Source: Thermoflexales bacterium (GTDB taxonomy: Bacteria > Chloroflexota > Anaerolineae > B4-G1). Taken from it: a stretch of DNA of 38,621 nt. The position numbers and the translations under genes are program-made. Numbering within the stretch: the stretch's first letter is position 1; each line of letters begins with the position of its first letter. This document shows positions 35,924 to 38,621 of this stretch, one piece after another. The stretch is from the NCBI GenBank assembly GCA_007123205.1, contig SKLM01000304.1, positions 1-38,621 on the forward strand, in the 5' to 3' direction. The notes below the pieces were generated by a model. It was not told the DNA's origin. It worked only from the letters and a program-made list of their open reading frames with translations, and ran no database searches.

Positions 35924-36323
35924 AGTCATCTCCTTGCAGGATATCTCTGCGCTGCCTGCGCAGCACGGGCAGGAGATCGCCGTAACGACTCAAGACAGTG
36001 GCCTCGCAGTCGGCCCGCGTCGCCACATCCTGCTCGTAATGCACCTTGCCCTGCGCAACGACGGCGTAGGCCAACTCAATCGGAGCACGATTCAGGAGCA
36101 CCACGTCGATCCGGTCCGTCTGGAGAACGCAAGCTAACTTGTGGGCCACGCGAGCGCGCAGCCGAGGTCCGTCGGCGGCGCTGTCGACCAGGACAGCGAG
36201 GTCGAAGGCGCTCATGGGGCCGAGGTTGTTCACGACTCGCGAGCCAAAAAGATAGACAATTCGCAGGCCCTCAAGGCTCGGCGAGACGGTGGGCAATTCG
36301 TCCTTCAGTGCTTCTGCTTCCAT
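35829..36323 (-). CDS. Minimal nucleotidyltransferase (MntA-like antitoxin homolog)
   Basis: RIVYLFGSRVVNNLGPMSAFDLAVLVD ... RIDVVLLN, a Pol-beta NTase GS-x(n)-[D]xD layout in which the first acidic residue is Ala. Start at MEAEALKDE (36321-36323). The 3' end overlaps the HEPN gene by about 95 nt. Confidence 0.68.
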   Translation of the reverse strand: MEAEALKDELPTVSPSLEGLRIVYLFGSRVVNNLGPMSAFDLAVLVDSAADGPRLRARVAHKLACVLQTDRIDVVLLNRAPIELAYAVVAQGKVHYEQDVATRADCEATVLSRYGDLLPVLRRQRRDILQGDDYDRRVRRYRATLRRTERPLGQVEAAHRQATD

Positions 36324-36868
36324 ACGTTCTAGTCTTCCATAGCCAGGGCGGATCCGCAACAGGGTGCGGCCGTTCTCTCTTTCCCAAGTCCGTCCAGTCC
36401 CCCTTGTCGAGACTGTGCTAGGCAATCCCTTGCCCGCGACACCCGCTCTTGCTCTCATCGGATCTCAAGGCTCACTTTCCAGTCAGCCACGTTGTCTGAG
36501 GCAGGGCCTGCAGTCGTTTTTGTGCCAGCTCGTGGAGCACGAACCAGGGCAACGGGAGGCGGAGGACCCGTTCCCACTCCGGTCGAGGGTCCGAGATTGC
36601 CTCCTCCGATGCCTCGCGCTTTCATCCCCGGTCACAGAGCGCCGGTTTGCCTTCGACTAAGGCGAGATCAGGCTCCCCACGGGGGCCCTGAGGGAGTCAG
36701 AGTGTCCCTGACGCTCGTTGTGCTGTCAGATGGTCCGCGACCGGCGGCTTCCCCCACCAGACGGAGAAGCCGGTGGATGGAGAACCCTCTGCCGAAGGGC
36801 CCAGGCGCCCTCCCGTTGCGGTTGGGCTCGCAAGTACTCCATCGGATCGGTCAACCTGCGGCCGCCCA

Positions 36869-36897
36869 TTGACACGTTCTCAGCCATCCAGTATACT
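36869..36897 (+). promoter_or_regulatory. Near-consensus sigma-70-type promoter with no ORF directly downstream
   Basis: TTGACA (36869-36874), 17 nt, TATACT (36892-36897), about 435 nt upstream of the FGE-domain gene. Confidence 0.55.
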
Positions 36898-37335
36898 GGG
36901 TGACAGTGACGCATCGCACTTCGACCACCGACCGAAGTGGCTCAGCACTCTGACCCAGGTCCCGTTCGACCGTGCGAGCGATCCTCGCAGCCATCAAACA
37001 AGACGGCCCCCGGCCTCCAAGGCCAGCCTCGAAGCGCCTGATGACTGTCAGGGCAGCTAGAGGACACCGCCCCGGCAGGCGGTCAGGGTGTCGGCACCCG
37101 CAGGTCACTGGAGTCGCCAGGATTGCCGAGAGTAGCATCGGTGGAAGGCGTCACGAGAGATCAAGGTCGTGTAACTACGCCGGGTAGATCGGTGGATCTG
37201 TGGAGTTTCGGGACACAGGCCGGCGGCCCGCCCTAGCGCTGCACGGGAACGGCCCGAACGAGAACGAAGTCGAGAGGAGATGCTCCCAGAGAGACATGGA
37301 CTCCGGAGGCCTGGGACGACAGCGATGGAGACACA

Positions 37336-38382
37336 ATGGGGAAACGAACCTGGTTCGTCATCCTGACGCTCGTGGCAGTGACTGCGGCCAGCCCGGCGTG
37401 CGGTCTGGCGAGTCCAGAACCGGAGCCAACGCACACACCGACACCATTACCGACGGATGCACCCGTCTCTGAGGACACACCAGCCCCGTCGCCGACGGAT
37501 ACTCCCGTCCCTGAAGATACACCGACCCCGTTGCCGACTGACACGCCAGTAGTAACCGATACCCCACAGGCCACGCCGGCCTGGCAATTCGGCCATACCT
37601 GGACCCGCCACGCCGACGGCATAGTGATGGTCTACGTGATGGCGGGCGAGTTCCGGATGGGCAGCACGGACGCTGAGGTCGACGCGGCGCTGGAGCTGTG
37701 CAGCCAGTACTCCGATGCCTGCTGGTGCGGCCGATTCGAGCGTGAGCAGCCGGCGCATATGGTGGCGTTGGACGGGTTCTGGATCGACCGCAACGCGGTG
37801 ACCAATGTACAGTACGCCCGCTGCGTGGCCGTAGGTGACTGTGAGGAACCGGCGTACTCAGGCGACTCGCTCTTCAACGGGCCTGACTATCCGGTTGTGG
37901 GGGTGAATTGGCACAACGCGGCGGCCTACTGCCAGTGGGCTGGAGCGCGGCTGCCGACGGAGGCGGAGTGGGAGTACGCGGCCCGGGGCCCGGAACGGGG
38001 CACATTCCCTTGGGGTGAGCGCTTCGACCGCACCCGGCTCAACTTCTGTGATGTGAATTGCGAGTTCGATTGGAGGGCAGCGGAGTACGACGACGGCTAC
38101 CGCTACACTGCGCCTGTCGGCAGCTACGCGGACGGAGCCAGTTGGTGTGGGGCCCTCGACATGGCGGGCAAGGTGTGGGAGCGGGTGGCGGATTGGTACG
38201 GCGGCTACCCGGGCGCTCGACAGGTCAACCCGACGGGACCTTCCTCAGGCGACCACAAGGGGCTGCGTGGGGGCTCGTGGGACATCGACCCGAGCAACAC
38301 GCGCAGTGCCAGTCGCCACAGGGGCAACCCCGACGTCACGTGGAACGGCGGAGGGTTTCGCTGCGCCAGAGGTTCTGGATGA
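37336..38382 (+). CDS. Formylglycine-generating-enzyme (SUMF1/EgtB/PvdO) domain lipoprotein with a Pro/Thr-rich linker
   Basis: Signal sequence MGKRTWFVILTLVAVTAASPAC, linker with repeated TP.P.PTD.P, then an FGE-sulfatase-type domain (GFWIDRNAVTN.QY, VNWHNAAAYCQWAGARLPTEAEWEYAARG, LRGGSW, RSASR). Confidence 0.85.
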   Translation: MGKRTWFVILTLVAVTAASPACGLASPEPEPTHTPTPLPTDAPVSEDTPAPSPTDTPVPEDTPTPLPTDTPVVTDTPQATPAWQFGHTWTRHADGIVMVYVMAGEFRMGSTDAEVDAALELCSQYSDACWCGRFEREQPAHMVALDGFWIDRNAVTNVQYARCVAVGDCEEPAYSGDSLFNGPDYPVVGVNWHNAAAYCQWAGARLPTEAEWEYAARGPERGTFPWGERFDRTRLNFCDVNCEFDWRAAEYDDGYRYTAPVGSYADGASWCGALDMAGKVWERVADWYGGYPGARQVNPTGPSSGDHKGLRGGSWDIDPSNTRSASRHRGNPDVTWNGGGFRCARGSG

Positions 38383-38574
38383 GCTACCTGGCCTCTGTCC
38401 CCCGCTACCTGCTAACTAATGCTGAAACGTCGCCCCCACCCGGGGCAGACGCAAGGGGGCCCGCTAGTGCGGTGACGAGAGCTCCTGCTCAGATGTTGGC
38501 CTACCCAGTCCACCAACTGGCCAACACCCACAGGGCCGACTGGACTAGCTCCGCACCATCCGCCTTCGTTTCGC

Positions 38575-38603
38575 TTGCGCGCTGCCCATAGTACCCATAT
38601 ACT
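38575..38603 (+). promoter_or_regulatory. Candidate promoter reading out of the window
   Basis: TTGCGC (38575-38580), 17 nt, TATACT (38598-38603). It shares TATACTGGG with the promoter at 36892. Confidence 0.35.
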
Positions 38604-38621
38604 GGGGTCGTCCCAGGTACC

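Noticed and set aside
36492-37187. Several 60-126-aa ORFs in the 36.3-37.3 kb gap (36492-36872, 36773-37060, 36851-37138, 36972-37187)
   Set aside because: They overlap one another in different frames, are dominated by Arg, Pro, Gly and Ser, and lack start contexts and motifs. I treated the region as non-coding or decayed.

Overview
High-GC bacterial chromosomal segment (about 60-65% GC judged by eye, not computed). The gene content and regulatory features include a CIRCE operator, a T-box leader, the Firmicute-like order hrcA-grpE-dnaK-dnaJ-prmA, ThyX and TrpB2. This combination is reminiscent of Chloroflexota-type genomes, but the taxon cannot be verified from the sequence alone. I support about 30 CDS. 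Positions 1-29.6 kb are mostly housekeeping: a DUF402 protein, a FabL-like SDR, rpsA with an unusual acidic tandem-repeat tail, infA, the heat-shock operon with its CIRCE operator and promoter, a class A PBP, surE, an S9 peptidase, a run of redox and small-molecule enzymes, thyX, an S8 protease, trxA, and a Trp-specific T-box leader in front of trpS, an ABC-like ATPase and trpB2, followed by a GG-terminated ThiS/MoaD-like protein. Positions 29.6-37.3 kb look accessory. They hold a repeat-rich convergent spacer, then a minus-strand three-gene cassette. The cassette has two paralogous AmmeMemoRadiSam-type radical SAM enzymes, each with a near-consensus twin-arginine (Tat) N-terminus, flanking a polytopic membrane protein. 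That membrane protein has a spermidine-synthase fold but lacks the aminopropyltransferase acidic signature. After the cassette come a frameshifted relic of a MalT/LAL-type regulator, a HEPN(DUF86)/nucleotidyltransferase pair whose catalytic motifs both look degenerate, and about 1 kb without credible coding that carries a near-consensus orphan promoter in front of an FGE-domain lipoprotein gene. The Tat-tagged radical SAM / pseudo-spermidine-synthase cassette is my best candidate for an undescribed system. No rRNA, tRNA, CRISPR array or intact mobile element was found. The many long antisense ORFs in the track are GC-driven shadows of real genes.
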